From positions 103 to 64,102 of the forward strand of contig JBJEQR010000012.1 of the NCBI GenBank assembly GCA_051881855.1: a DNA stretch of 64,000 bases. The letters run 5' to 3'. The first letter of the stretch is position 1; the number at the start of each line of letters is the position of its first letter. Under the pieces are notes generated by a model that saw only the letters and a list, made by a program, of their open reading frames with translations, was not told the origin of the DNA and searched no databases. Origin of the DNA: Oscillospiraceae bacterium (GTDB lineage: Bacteria; Bacillota; Clostridia; Oscillospirales; Ruminococcaceae). The position numbers were made by a program, and so were the translations under genes. Below, in pieces: positions 1 through 8,404 of this stretch.

Positions 1-860
1 AACTGACGGATTCCGGTATACCCGCCGTTTATTTGCCGTCGGACGGCTTTACTCCCGGCTCAGCCGGATTTTCAAAAGCCATGCTGGCACTTTGCCGGGC
101 GAAAGTCAGAAAAAGCACAGAAAAAGATGCCGGCCGGGTCAATATTTTGGGGTACTGCCCAGCGCTGCTTGGCAGGGAGGACAAGCTCGCTCATGGAATT
201 GAGCACCTTAACAGACTCGGACTTAGCTGTACCGTCTGGGGACGAGGAGATATTGAACACACCTCCGAAGCTTGTCTCAACTGGGTGGTGTCTGCAGCGG
301 GACTTCAACTTGCGAAGCTGATGAAAAACGAATTTGGAATTCCCTATATTTCAGGAATACCCGTGGGAGAACACGCGGTGCTCAGTTGGCAGGAGCGGAT
401 AAAAAAGTTAGTGAACGCTGGGGATGAAGATTTTTCAATTTGTGAACCTTCTGAGCCGTTTACCACTGAAAAGCAGCCTAAAATATTTATAATACATGAA
501 CCCATGTTAATGGGAAGTATTCGCAGCTTTTTCAAAGAAGAACTAGGATACACGGACGTAACTTTGGCGGCGTATGCGCCGCTTCCGAACCTGCGGAAAT
601 TTTACGGTTCTGTGTGCGGAGATCTTCCGCTGCACTATTTCTCTTCCGCTGAAGAACTTTTGGAGCTTGGAGCGGGAGCCGATTACGTAATAGCTGACCC
701 GGTTTATGGGAAATACTTTACCGGTTCTGCCTTTATTCCTCTGCCTGACCCTCAGATTTCAGGGGAACAGTATCTTGATATGCCATATGAAATTTTCGGA
801 AAGAAAGGCGCCGCCTATCTTTCCGGGGAAATAAAAAAACACAAAGGAGAAACTTTATGA
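1..860 (+). CDS. Nitrogenase component-1-like oxidoreductase (NifD/K/E/N family), C-terminal part; the 5' end lies outside the window
   Basis: The frame is open from the window edge, with no stop before nt 33. The C-terminal 275 aa show the pattern typical of Oxidored_nitro proteins (RVNILGY..., LNWVVS..GLQLAKLMKNEFGIPYISG). The stop overlaps the next start (ATGA 857-860). Confidence 0.55.
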   Translation, partial: LTDSGIPAVYLPSDGFTPGSAGFSKAMLALCRAKVRKSTEKDAGRVNILGYCPALLGREDKLAHGIEHLNRLGLSCTVWGRGDIEHTSEACLNWVVSAAGLQLAKLMKNEFGIPYISGIPVGEHAVLSWQERIKKLVNAGDEDFSICEPSEPFTTEKQPKIFIIHEPMLMGSIRSFFKEELGYTDVTLAAYAPLPNLRKFYGSVCGDLPLHYFSSAEELLELGAGADYVIADPVYGKYFTGSAFIPLPDPQISGEQYLDMPYEIFGKKGAAYLSGEIKKHKGETL

Positions 861-2020
861 AAAAGTGGAAAAAAATTATTGCTCTGCTTTTGGCTGTGGC
901 AATGCTGATGGCTGTTGCAGGCTGTTCAAGCAAGCCAAGAGACAATGAATCGGAGCAAAGCCAATCCCAGTTCGAGAATATTCAGAGCTCTGATCCGGAT
1001 AGTTCTGCAGATGAATCGGACGAAAACGCAATGCGGACTGTTGTGGATGCAACCGGAAATGAAATTTTGGTTCCCGCTCACCCCAAGGCTATAGTCGTAA
1101 TCGCTCCTGTTTTACCAAACATTATGTTTGCGCTTCAGGGGCACATGAACAATGTTATTGCAATTTCTAAAAGTGCCTACACCGGTTGGGAAGCTTCTCT
1201 TATGAAAGATCTTTCACCGGAGCTTGAGGATGTCAATACCACTATCGTGGGCAGCAGCATCAATATGGAAGAGCTTGTCGCGGCAGAACCTGATCTGGTT
1301 CTCTGCTGGGTAACTTCTACCGATACCATTTCCCAGCTGAACGATTTGGGTATTCCCGTAGCAACCTTTAAAGGCGCCACCGACTTAGAAACACTCGAAA
1401 ATCTTATATCCATGATGGGAGATGTCCTGAACTGCCAGGAGAGAGCGGCGGAGCTCATTGAATGGTATGACGAAGTCGAAGCGTACATAGATTCCAAAGC
1501 CTCTGAAATCGAAGCGCTTTCCGAAGACGAAAAGCCCCGGGTTCTTACCTTGGCTCATATTGAAGATCTCGAAGTCTATGCCACTGGCGTCGACGCGTGG
1601 ATCACTGAAAAGGTCGGAGGACAGAATATTGTGCTGACCGGTGAATCCGCAGAGCGTTCCGCCCCCACAATGGAAGAAATTCTTGTTTACAATCCTGATA
1701 TTATTTTCCTCAGCAACTGGGATGACAGCACTCCTGATGACCTCTATGAAAACCGCATTGAAGGTCAGGACTGGAGCAATATCAACGCTGTTAAGAATCA
1801 CCGCGTATATAAAGTACCGATAGGTTTGTATCGTTGGACTCCTCCAAACACAGTTGATAAACCTCTTTACTACCTTTACATGGCATCTATAATTCAGCCT
1901 GAAATCTTCTCGGAGATAGACATGATACAGGAAGAAAAAGATTTCATTCAGAAATTCTTTGGCGTTGAACTGAGCGAAGAGCAGCTGGATTATGTATTCC
2001 ATGCGGATCTGTACAAATAA
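857..2020 (+). CDS. ABC transporter substrate-binding lipoprotein, iron-chelate/cobalamin (FecB/BtuF, Peripla_BP_2) type
   Basis: It has a signal peptide with lipobox LMAVAG-C and a class-III SBP-like sequence. It sits directly upstream of a FecCD permease and ATPase. Confidence 0.85.
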   Translation: MKKWKKIIALLLAVAMLMAVAGCSSKPRDNESEQSQSQFENIQSSDPDSSADESDENAMRTVVDATGNEILVPAHPKAIVVIAPVLPNIMFALQGHMNNVIAISKSAYTGWEASLMKDLSPELEDVNTTIVGSSINMEELVAAEPDLVLCWVTSTDTISQLNDLGIPVATFKGATDLETLENLISMMGDVLNCQERAAELIEWYDEVEAYIDSKASEIEALSEDEKPRVLTLAHIEDLEVYATGVDAWITEKVGGQNIVLTGESAERSAPTMEEILVYNPDIIFLSNWDDSTPDDLYENRIEGQDWSNINAVKNHRVYKVPIGLYRWTPPNTVDKPLYYLYMASIIQPEIFSEIDMIQEEKDFIQKFFGVELSEEQLDYVFHADLYK

Positions 2021-2035
2021 AAGGAAGAGAGAAAA

Positions 2036-3112
2036 ATGATTGGTGCAGAAGAACGGGCAAGGCAAATGAGCGGGCGTACCATCTCCAATTCAAAATACAG
2101 GATGCTGATTGTGCTGATGGTCATAATTCTTATCGCGCTTGCTTTGCTGGCACTGTGTACCGGAAGGTATACAGTAAAAATATCCGACGTTATAAAATTA
2201 CTATGGTCAAAATTCTTGACGCTGTTCGGCGGAGAGGGACTGGAAGCCTCCTGGGATCCTTTTGCGGAGGGAGTTGTATTTACTCTGCGTCTTCCGAGAA
2301 TCGCCGCAGCAATGCTGATTGGCGGGGCACTTTCTCTGTCGGGTGCAGCTTATCAGGGAGTATTTAAAAACCCTTTGGTTTCACCGGATATTCTGGGAGT
2401 CTCCACAGGAGCCTGCGTCGGAGCGGCAATAGCGATTTTACTTCATCTTAACTCTGTCGGAATACAGCTGCTTGCTTTTATCAGCGGAATTGTGACGGTG
2501 CTGCTGACTGTAGCAATACCGAAACTGATGAGGAATGACTCGGTAACTATGCTCGTTCTTGCAGGTGTAATCGTCAGCGGCATTATGAGCTCACTTATGG
2601 GAGTTATAAAATATCTGGCAGACCCTGAAACTGAGCTTGCAGACATTACTTATTGGCAAATGGGCAGCTTCGCAAAAGTTACAGATACAGACGTACTTAC
2701 TGTTGCGGTTCCGATTCTGGCTGCCGCGGCCTTACTGATAGCCATGCGCTGGCAGATAAATATTCTTTCCCTGGGTGACAGCGAAGCCAAAACATTGGGA
2801 GTAAAAATAGGCGTTGTAAGAGGCGTAATTATTTTCTGCGCCACGCTGCTTACAGCTTGTGCGGTATGTATCTGCGGTACTATCGGATGGGTAGGCCTTG
2901 TGATCCCTCACCTTTCAAGGATGCTGGTGGGGCCGGACAACATTAAATCCGTTCCTATTGCATTTGTGCTCGGAGGCGTTTTTATGCTTGTAGTTGATAC
3001 CGTGGCAAGAGCTCTGACAACTCTTGAAATACCGCTAAGCATTCTGACCGGCCTTATCGGCGCTCCGTTCTATCTGTATATTCTGGTAAAACAGAGGATG
3101 AAAATGTCATGA
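2036..3112 (+). CDS. Iron-chelate/B12-type ABC transporter permease (FecCD/BtuC family)
   Basis: Polytopic membrane protein with family-typical stretches: GGALSLSGAAYQGVFKNPLVSPDILGVS and ILTGLIGAPFYLYIL. Confidence 0.9.
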   Translation: MIGAEERARQMSGRTISNSKYRMLIVLMVIILIALALLALCTGRYTVKISDVIKLLWSKFLTLFGGEGLEASWDPFAEGVVFTLRLPRIAAAMLIGGALSLSGAAYQGVFKNPLVSPDILGVSTGACVGAAIAILLHLNSVGIQLLAFISGIVTVLLTVAIPKLMRNDSVTMLVLAGVIVSGIMSSLMGVIKYLADPETELADITYWQMGSFAKVTDTDVLTVAVPILAAAALLIAMRWQINILSLGDSEAKTLGVKIGVVRGVIIFCATLLTACAVCICGTIGWVGLVIPHLSRMLVGPDNIKSVPIAFVLGGVFMLVVDTVARALTTLEIPLSILTGLIGAPFYLYILVKQRMKMS

Positions 3113-3888
3113 TACTTGAAGTAAAGGATTTAAGTTTTTCATATCACAACAATAAGCAGGTCTTTTCCAACGTCAATTTTTCTTTGGATGCGGGTGAAAT
3201 ACTCACAATTCTCGGGCCAAACGGCGCCGGAAAATCCACGTTGCTCAACTGTCTGGCAAATCTTCTTCATCCTTCCTCCGGTCAGGTAATGCTGGAGGGC
3301 CGCAATATAAAGGATATCGGGCTTAAAGAGGTTGCAAAAATACTCGGCTACGTTCCGCAGACTCATACCCCGGCTTATGGCTACAACGTACGGGATTTTG
3401 TCGTTATGGGAAGATCGCCATACCTCGGAATGTTTCAGAAGCCTTCCGCTGATGATTACGCATTGGCTGATAACGTCATGGAAAAAATGAATATTGCAAA
3501 GTTCGCAAATCAGCCATATACGGAGATAAGCGGTGGCGAACGGCAGCAGGCCACCATCGCCCGCGTAATAGTTCAGCAGCCTAAAATTATTATGTTTGAC
3601 GAACCCACCAATCATTTGGATTACGGAAATCAGCTTCGCACAGTAAAAATGGTAAAGGATTTGGCAAACCAGGGCTACGCCATAGTTATGACGACGCACA
3701 TGCCCGACCATGCCATTTTGCTTGGCGGGAAAGTAGCCGTTATGGACTACGGCGGCACTCTGACCGTCGGCTCATCTGAAGATATTCTGCAGGAAGACCT
3801 TCTGAGAAAAATATATCGCAGCAACCTCCACGTGGTATACATGGAGGAGGTTGGAAGAAAGGTCTGCGTCGCGGGAAATCTTGATTAA
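3109..3888 (+). CDS. ABC transporter ATP-binding protein (FepC/FecE-like)
   Basis: Walker A GPNGAGKST, signature SGGERQ, Walker B IIMFDEP. The start overlaps the permease stop (ATGA 3109-3112). Confidence 0.9.
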   Translation: MILEVKDLSFSYHNNKQVFSNVNFSLDAGEILTILGPNGAGKSTLLNCLANLLHPSSGQVMLEGRNIKDIGLKEVAKILGYVPQTHTPAYGYNVRDFVVMGRSPYLGMFQKPSADDYALADNVMEKMNIAKFANQPYTEISGGERQQATIARVIVQQPKIIMFDEPTNHLDYGNQLRTVKMVKDLANQGYAIVMTTHMPDHAILLGGKVAVMDYGGTLTVGSSEDILQEDLLRKIYRSNLHVVYMEEVGRKVCVAGNLD

Positions 3889-4036
3889 CTTTAAACGAAA
3901 ATATTTGAAATATCGGAGCAAATGGCAATGTTAACCTGAACACATTTTTGGTGCTCATGTTAGCTGCTGCGGCAGCTGTGCTCAAAACGAGAAAACACTG
4001 ATATTTTCTAATCTTCTCAACCTTTCAATAAAAACA

Positions 4037-4084
4037 CCGCAGAGCCGACCGGGTTAAATCCCCGGTCGGCTCTGCGGCTTTTTA
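4037..4084 (+). terminator. Rho-independent terminator of the ABC importer operon
   Basis: Perfect 17-bp stem CCGCAGAGCCGACCGGG / CCCGGTCGGCTCTGCGG with a 7-nt loop, followed by CTTTTT. Confidence 0.85.
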
Positions 4085-4349
4085 GCGCGATTTTGCGTAA
4101 GCAAATATTTAAAGCGGCGCCCTTTTGCTTCAATTGGTGTGAAATTGGTGTAAATTCCGGCTTTTCTTAATTTGCGTGCTCGAAAAACCGCATGAGCAAG
4201 CCAATTTTTTGGGCAAAAATTCTTTGTGCATTTTCCATAATAATAAGTTTACAATTCTGTAAAAATAGAATGTGGAATTGGTGCCGGGTAAATGTTATAA
4301 TATAGTCACAGAAGATTTCTTCTGTCGTTAAAATAAAGGGGGTAAAAAT

Positions 4350-4874
4350 ATGAACATCAGCATCATTTCCAGGAACACCTCAGTCCGCGATTCTTTCCGT
4401 GAGCGCTGCGAAAAAAAGCTCTCCAAATTTGATCGCTTTTTTGGTGACGATGCCAAAGCTGTTGTTACCGTCAGCAACCAGAACGGCAGGGAAACTGTGG
4501 AGGTGACTATCTCCTCCGGCGGAATGTTCTTCAGAGCGGAAAAAACCACCTCCGACCGTCTTGACTCGCTTGAAGCAGTAGCGGACGCCCTTTCCAGGCA
4601 GATAATCCGCAACAAAACAAAGCTCGAGCGCAAGTTCCAGAGCGGAAAGTTTTTGCCGGATGCCGAAGACGTGGATGTTCAGCCCGAAGAAAACTACGGT
4701 ATAGTGAGAACAAAAAAATTCCATGTGAACCAGATGGACGTTCAGGAGGCCATTCTCCAGATGAACATGCTTGGCCACAGCTTCTTCCTTTTCCGCAATC
4801 CGGAAACGGGCGAGATAAACGTAGTGTACCGCCGCAACGACGACAACTACGGCCTCTTGGTGCCCGAGGATTAA
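4350..4874 (+). CDS. hpf: Ribosome hibernation-promoting factor, long form
   Basis: N-terminal RaiA/S30AE-type domain plus the C-terminal dimerisation domain of Firmicute long HPF (MDVQEAILQMNMLGHSFFLFRN...NVVYRRNDDNYGLL). RBS AAGGGGG precedes the ATG. Confidence 0.9.
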   Translation: MNISIISRNTSVRDSFRERCEKKLSKFDRFFGDDAKAVVTVSNQNGRETVEVTISSGGMFFRAEKTTSDRLDSLEAVADALSRQIIRNKTKLERKFQSGKFLPDAEDVDVQPEENYGIVRTKKFHVNQMDVQEAILQMNMLGHSFFLFRNPETGEINVVYRRNDDNYGLLVPED

Positions 4875-4983
4875 GCAGTCTGGGCGGGCTTTCTGCCTTT
4901 TATATATAGTAAGCGCAGACGCAACACCGACCGGAAACCAGCCGGAGCTACATGCTCCGGCTGGTTATTTTTTGGCATTTTGT

Positions 4984-5080
4984 AAAAACTGAGAAAACTA
5001 TTTAGACTTTTTTCAAAATGCTCGTTGACAATATGCGCCCGACATGCTATTCTATATTTAGAAAGTTTTCTAAATACTTT
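4984..5080 (+). promoter_or_regulatory. Sigma-A-type promoter with a 22-bp palindromic operator (copy A of a cassette shared with 41246-41342)
   Basis: -35 TTGACA at 5025-5030, 17-nt spacer, -10 TATTCT at 5048-5053. Perfect palindrome TATTTAGAAA-GT-TTTCTAAATA at 5055-5076. The region aligns without gaps to 41246-41342. Confidence 0.7.
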
Positions 5081-5096
5081 TTTCGGAGGCGATATT

Positions 5097-5879
5097 ATGA
5101 CAGTCCCATCCTCATCTGTCACCTGCATGATAATTGAAGCGGTTCTCGCTTTTGCGATACCCTTAGCGGCTATAATCATCTGGAAAATAAAATCAAAAGC
5201 AAGCATAGTTCCTGCCATAGGCGGCGCTTTGACGTTTGTGCTCTTTGCCCAGATGCTCGAAGGCTCTGTCCATGCTCTTCTGCTTTCGTCTGAGAATCCT
5301 TTTTCAAACCTTATGAGCACCAATTTCTTTCTCTATGCCCTCTATGGCGGCCTTATGGCCGGAATTTTTGAGGAGACGGGAAGATACATCACCATGAAAT
5401 TCGTGCTCAAAAATTACAACAGCAAAAGCGACGCCGTTTCATACGGCCTCGGCCACGGCGGCATTGAATGCATGCTCGTGCTCGGCCTCAACATGGTGGC
5501 AAATATAGCTTTCTCGGTACTCATAAATTCCGGAGCGGGAGAATCCGTACTGCTGCCGCTGGCGGGAGGAAGCGCTGAATCTCTCGCAACGATAGTTTCA
5601 AGCCTTTCGGAAGTGACTCCGGCTCTTGCCGCTGTGGCGGTTTTTGAGAGGGTATGCGCCATGGCGCTCCAGCTCTGCCTTTCCGTGGTGGTTTTCTCCG
5701 CGGTAAAAAAGAACGTGCTCAACTATCTTTTAGCCGCTATTCTGGTCCATGCACTTGCCGATTTCAGCATCCTCATGGTGTCCCAGTACGCCGGAATATA
5801 TTTTGCTGAAGCGGTTCTGGCCGTTTTTGTGGCCGCTGCCGCGTACTACGTTTTCAAGGTGCAGAAGGGGGAGGTATGA
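5097..5879 (+). CDS. YhfC-family intramembrane metalloprotease (CPBP/Abi-like)
   Basis: Polytopic membrane protein with FEETGRY (EExxR) and GHGGIE motifs. The ORF-track start at 5025 lies inside the promoter. ATG 5097 has RBS GGAGG at 5085-5089. Confidence 0.65.
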   Translation: MTVPSSSVTCMIIEAVLAFAIPLAAIIIWKIKSKASIVPAIGGALTFVLFAQMLEGSVHALLLSSENPFSNLMSTNFFLYALYGGLMAGIFEETGRYITMKFVLKNYNSKSDAVSYGLGHGGIECMLVLGLNMVANIAFSVLINSGAGESVLLPLAGGSAESLATIVSSLSEVTPALAAVAVFERVCAMALQLCLSVVVFSAVKKNVLNYLLAAILVHALADFSILMVSQYAGIYFAEAVLAVFVAAAAYYVFKVQKGEV

Positions 5880-6158
5880 GTGGGCTTTGCGGAAACCTTT
5901 AAAGCTCTTTCGGACCCTGTACGTCGGGAAATACTGACAATGCTCAAGGACGGGAAAAAATCCGCAGGGGAGATCGCTGCCAATTTTGACATGACGGCGG
6001 CAACTGTTTCCTACCACCTTTCCCAGCTCAAGAAAGCGGACCTTGTTTTTGAGACAAAGTATAAAAATTTTGTCTATTACGAACTCAACACCTCCGTTTT
6101 TGAGGAGATAATGCTCTGGCTTGCCCAGTTCAGGGAGGAGAATAAAGATGAAAAATAA
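5880..6158 (+). CDS. ArsR-family winged-helix regulator, SdpR (autorepressor) type
   Basis: FKALSDPVRREIL...SAGEIA...TVSYHLSQLKKADLV matches the ArsR/SmtB HTH. The GTG start abuts the yhfC stop, and an SdpI-like gene follows. Confidence 0.8.
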   Translation: MGFAETFKALSDPVRREILTMLKDGKKSAGEIAANFDMTAATVSYHLSQLKKADLVFETKYKNFVYYELNTSVFEEIMLWLAQFREENKDEK

Positions 6159-6774
6159 AAAGCTACTGATAATAACCTCCATAATCACTCTTTTGCCGAC
6201 CGTTGCCGGCCTCGTTTTATGGAATCAGCTTCCGGAAACCATTGCCACCCATTTTGATGCGGACAACATTCCAAACGGCTGGAGCAGCAAGGCGTTCACC
6301 GTTTTCGCGATTCCCGCCATTATGTGCGCGCTCCATATTTTCTGTATAGTTGTGACCATGAACGACCCGAAAAGGAGAAACATAAGCGATAAGCTGATAG
6401 CGCTCGTTTACTGGATAATCCCGGCTATCTCCATTGTGGTTATGGCGATGACCTATGCCAACGCCCTAGGCATCGGAATAAATATCGGTACTGTCGTAAA
6501 TCTGATAATGGGCGTTTTGTTTATCGCACTTGGGAACTATCTGCCGAAAGCGCGGCAGAACTTTACCTGCGGCGTAAGAACTCCCTGGGCTCTTTCGAGC
6601 GAGGAAAACTGGAACCGCTCCAACCGCCTCGGGGGCTGGCTCTTTGTGGCAGTGGGCTTTCTGTTCCTGATAAACGCCTTTCTCCTTTGGACCTGGCCAA
6701 TTCTTATTGCAGCAATTATAGCTGCCATTATTCCCGCGGTGTATTCGTTCTATCTTTACAAAAAAGGAATATAA
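6148..6774 (+). CDS. SdpI/YhfL-family membrane protein (DUF1648-like N-terminus plus SdpI-type domain)
   Basis: HFDADNIPNGWSSK motif and GNYLPKARQNFTCGVRTPWALSSEENW core. ATG 6148 is preceded by GGAGGAG. It overlaps the regulator gene by 11 nt. Confidence 0.8.
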   Translation: MKNKKLLIITSIITLLPTVAGLVLWNQLPETIATHFDADNIPNGWSSKAFTVFAIPAIMCALHIFCIVVTMNDPKRRNISDKLIALVYWIIPAISIVVMAMTYANALGIGINIGTVVNLIMGVLFIALGNYLPKARQNFTCGVRTPWALSSEENWNRSNRLGGWLFVAVGFLFLINAFLLWTWPILIAAIIAAIIPAVYSFYLYKKGI

Positions 6775-6803
6775 AAGAGGCGGCTTGAAAGCCGCCTCTT
6801 TTT
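6775..6803. terminator. Bidirectional terminator between convergent sdpI-like and amidase genes
   Basis: Stem AAGAGGCGGC / GCCGCCTCTT with loop TTGAAA, flanked by an A-run on one side and a T-run on the other. Confidence 0.8.
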
Positions 6804-7395
6804 ATCCCGCAGTTTCCTCCTGCGGAGCTTCCGGCTCCATGGGTCCAGCCGGAGGCATGGGCCCAATGGGTTCCTCCGGCTCTGTGGGAAGCATGGAACG
6901 CACACCGTCAATATGTATAAATCTCGCGTCGGTTATGGCGTAGCTTGAAAGCGGGCGGCAGTTGCAGTCGTAGGAATGGGCCGCCACGTGGACTGTGTCG
7001 AGGTTAGCCACGTCCCCGTCAATGGAGACGATGACCGGCGTGTGCTGCCAGTCCTCCTCGTCGAGGATAAGCTGGCAGATGTCCCCGGGCATGATTTCGG
7101 AAATGTCCACCTCGTGCCCGTAGGGGCCTATTCCGGTGTTGTTGATGAGAAAATTGAAAAGGAATTTCACCCCCGTCCAGGCCGGTGCCCTGTCGTTGAC
7201 GTTGACGTAGTACCAGCCGAAGGTGGGGGTAAAATTCATGACGCCTCCGCCCGCCAGTATGCACTGGCTTGCGAAGGAGGTGCAGTCCCCGCCTATGGCG
7301 CTGAAATCATAAAAAGCGGGGTTGCGGAAATAGGCCCACCTGTCTGCGTAGTCCACCGCAAGCTCCCTGTTATAAGGAATATCGTATAAAATCAT
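6802..7395 (-). CDS. Putative amidase-domain protein (Amidase_6-like)
   Basis: YNRELAVDYADRWAYFRNPAFYDF..GGDCTSFASQCILAGG is typical of this family. RBS GGGAGGAA lies before ATG 7395. The C-terminus is Pro/Glu-rich. Confidence 0.65.
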   Translation of the reverse strand: MILYDIPYNRELAVDYADRWAYFRNPAFYDFSAIGGDCTSFASQCILAGGGVMNFTPTFGWYYVNVNDRAPAWTGVKFLFNFLINNTGIGPYGHEVDISEIMPGDICQLILDEEDWQHTPVIVSIDGDVANLDTVHVAAHSYDCNCRPLSSYAITDARFIHIDGVRSMLPTEPEEPIGPMPPAGPMEPEAPQEETAG

Positions 7396-7566
7396 GGCAA
7401 TTCCTCCCGAAAAGTTTATTCGATAACATAATATGAGTTTCGGGAGAAAAAAGCCTTTAAAAAATCCCGAAAAGCTCTAAAAATCCGTGCTCAAAATCAT
7501 TGCCAGAAGAGAAGAAAAGCTGTATAATAATTTTATAATGCTTTGCCTTTTACAGGAGGAACAGAA

Positions 7567-7917
7567 ATGGAAGAATCCAGAAAGATAAAACTTGAAATTG
7601 CCGGCGCAAGCTATACCGTCACCACCACCGAGCAGGAGGGATATGTACGTGATCTTGCCGCTGAAATGACTGACGATATAAACAGCCTCACCGCGAGAAA
7701 CCCCGCCCTTTCCATGAATGACGCCCTTGTCCTCTGCGCCATTTCCTATCTCGACGAGTACAAAAAGGAGAGCGCCAACAGCGACCATATCCGCTCCCAG
7801 CTCAAGGAGTATCTTGGCGATACCGCCAGAGCGAGAATGGAGGTCGACGAGGCAAACCGCCGGGCGGACAGGCTTGAAAAGGAACTCGGGGAGCTTAAAA
7901 AACGCTATGGAGTATAA
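7567..7917 (+). CDS. zapA: Cell division protein ZapA
   Basis: KIKLEIAGASYTV.T..QEGYVRDLAAEM... followed by a C-terminal coiled coil. ATG 7567 follows RBS AGGAGGA, and the ORF-track start at 7543 is upstream of that RBS. Confidence 0.8.
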   Translation: MEESRKIKLEIAGASYTVTTTEQEGYVRDLAAEMTDDINSLTARNPALSMNDALVLCAISYLDEYKKESANSDHIRSQLKEYLGDTARARMEVDEANRRADRLEKELGELKKRYGV

Positions 7918-8347
7918 TATTTCTGTCAAAAAACTGCGTGAAAACGCCGTAATTCCTAAAATCGCCACTGCGGGCTCTGCCGCAGCGGACCTTTGCGCCT
8001 GCATAGACGCCCCGGTGACCGTCGCTCCGGGAAAGAGCGTCACCGTTCCCACGGGAATTGCGCTTGCGGTGCCGGAGGGTTACGGTGCATTTATCTTCGC
8101 CAGGAGCGGCCTCGGAATAAAGCACGGCATAGTGCCATCAAACTGCGTCGGCGTCATTGACTCCGACTACCGGGGCGAGGTCTGTGTCGGGCTCTATAAC
8201 CATTCCGACGAAAGCTACGCCGTAAATCCCGGGGACCGCATTGCCCAGATGGCTATAATACCCGTGCTGATGGCAAAATATGTCGAGGCGGAGGAGCTTT
8301 CCGAAACTGCCCGGGGAGCGGGAGGCTTCGGCTCAACGGGAAAATAG
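7907..8347 (+). CDS. dut: dUTP diphosphatase
   Basis: AGSAAADL, VGVIDSDYRGE and the C-terminal RGAGGFGSTGK motif. I chose the internal ATG at 7907 because the upstream part of the ORF-track frame overlaps zapA. Confidence 0.9.
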   Translation: MEYNISVKKLRENAVIPKIATAGSAAADLCACIDAPVTVAPGKSVTVPTGIALAVPEGYGAFIFARSGLGIKHGIVPSNCVGVIDSDYRGEVCVGLYNHSDESYAVNPGDRIAQMAIIPVLMAKYVEAEELSETARGAGGFGSTGK

Positions 8348-8404
8348 AATGAACTGCGGCGCGGCTTCTGCCGCGCCGCTTTCAATAAATAAAGGAGGAA
8401 ACGT

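Noticed and set aside
5025-5096. N-terminal extensions suggested by the ORF track: yhfC from 5025, dut from 7718, rplU from 20840, cupin from 39745 and the HIRAN protein from 39908.
   Set aside because: The extensions run through promoters or operators, or overlap neighbouring genes, and they lack an RBS. In each case an internal ATG with a good Shine-Dalgarno sequence gives the canonical N-terminus.
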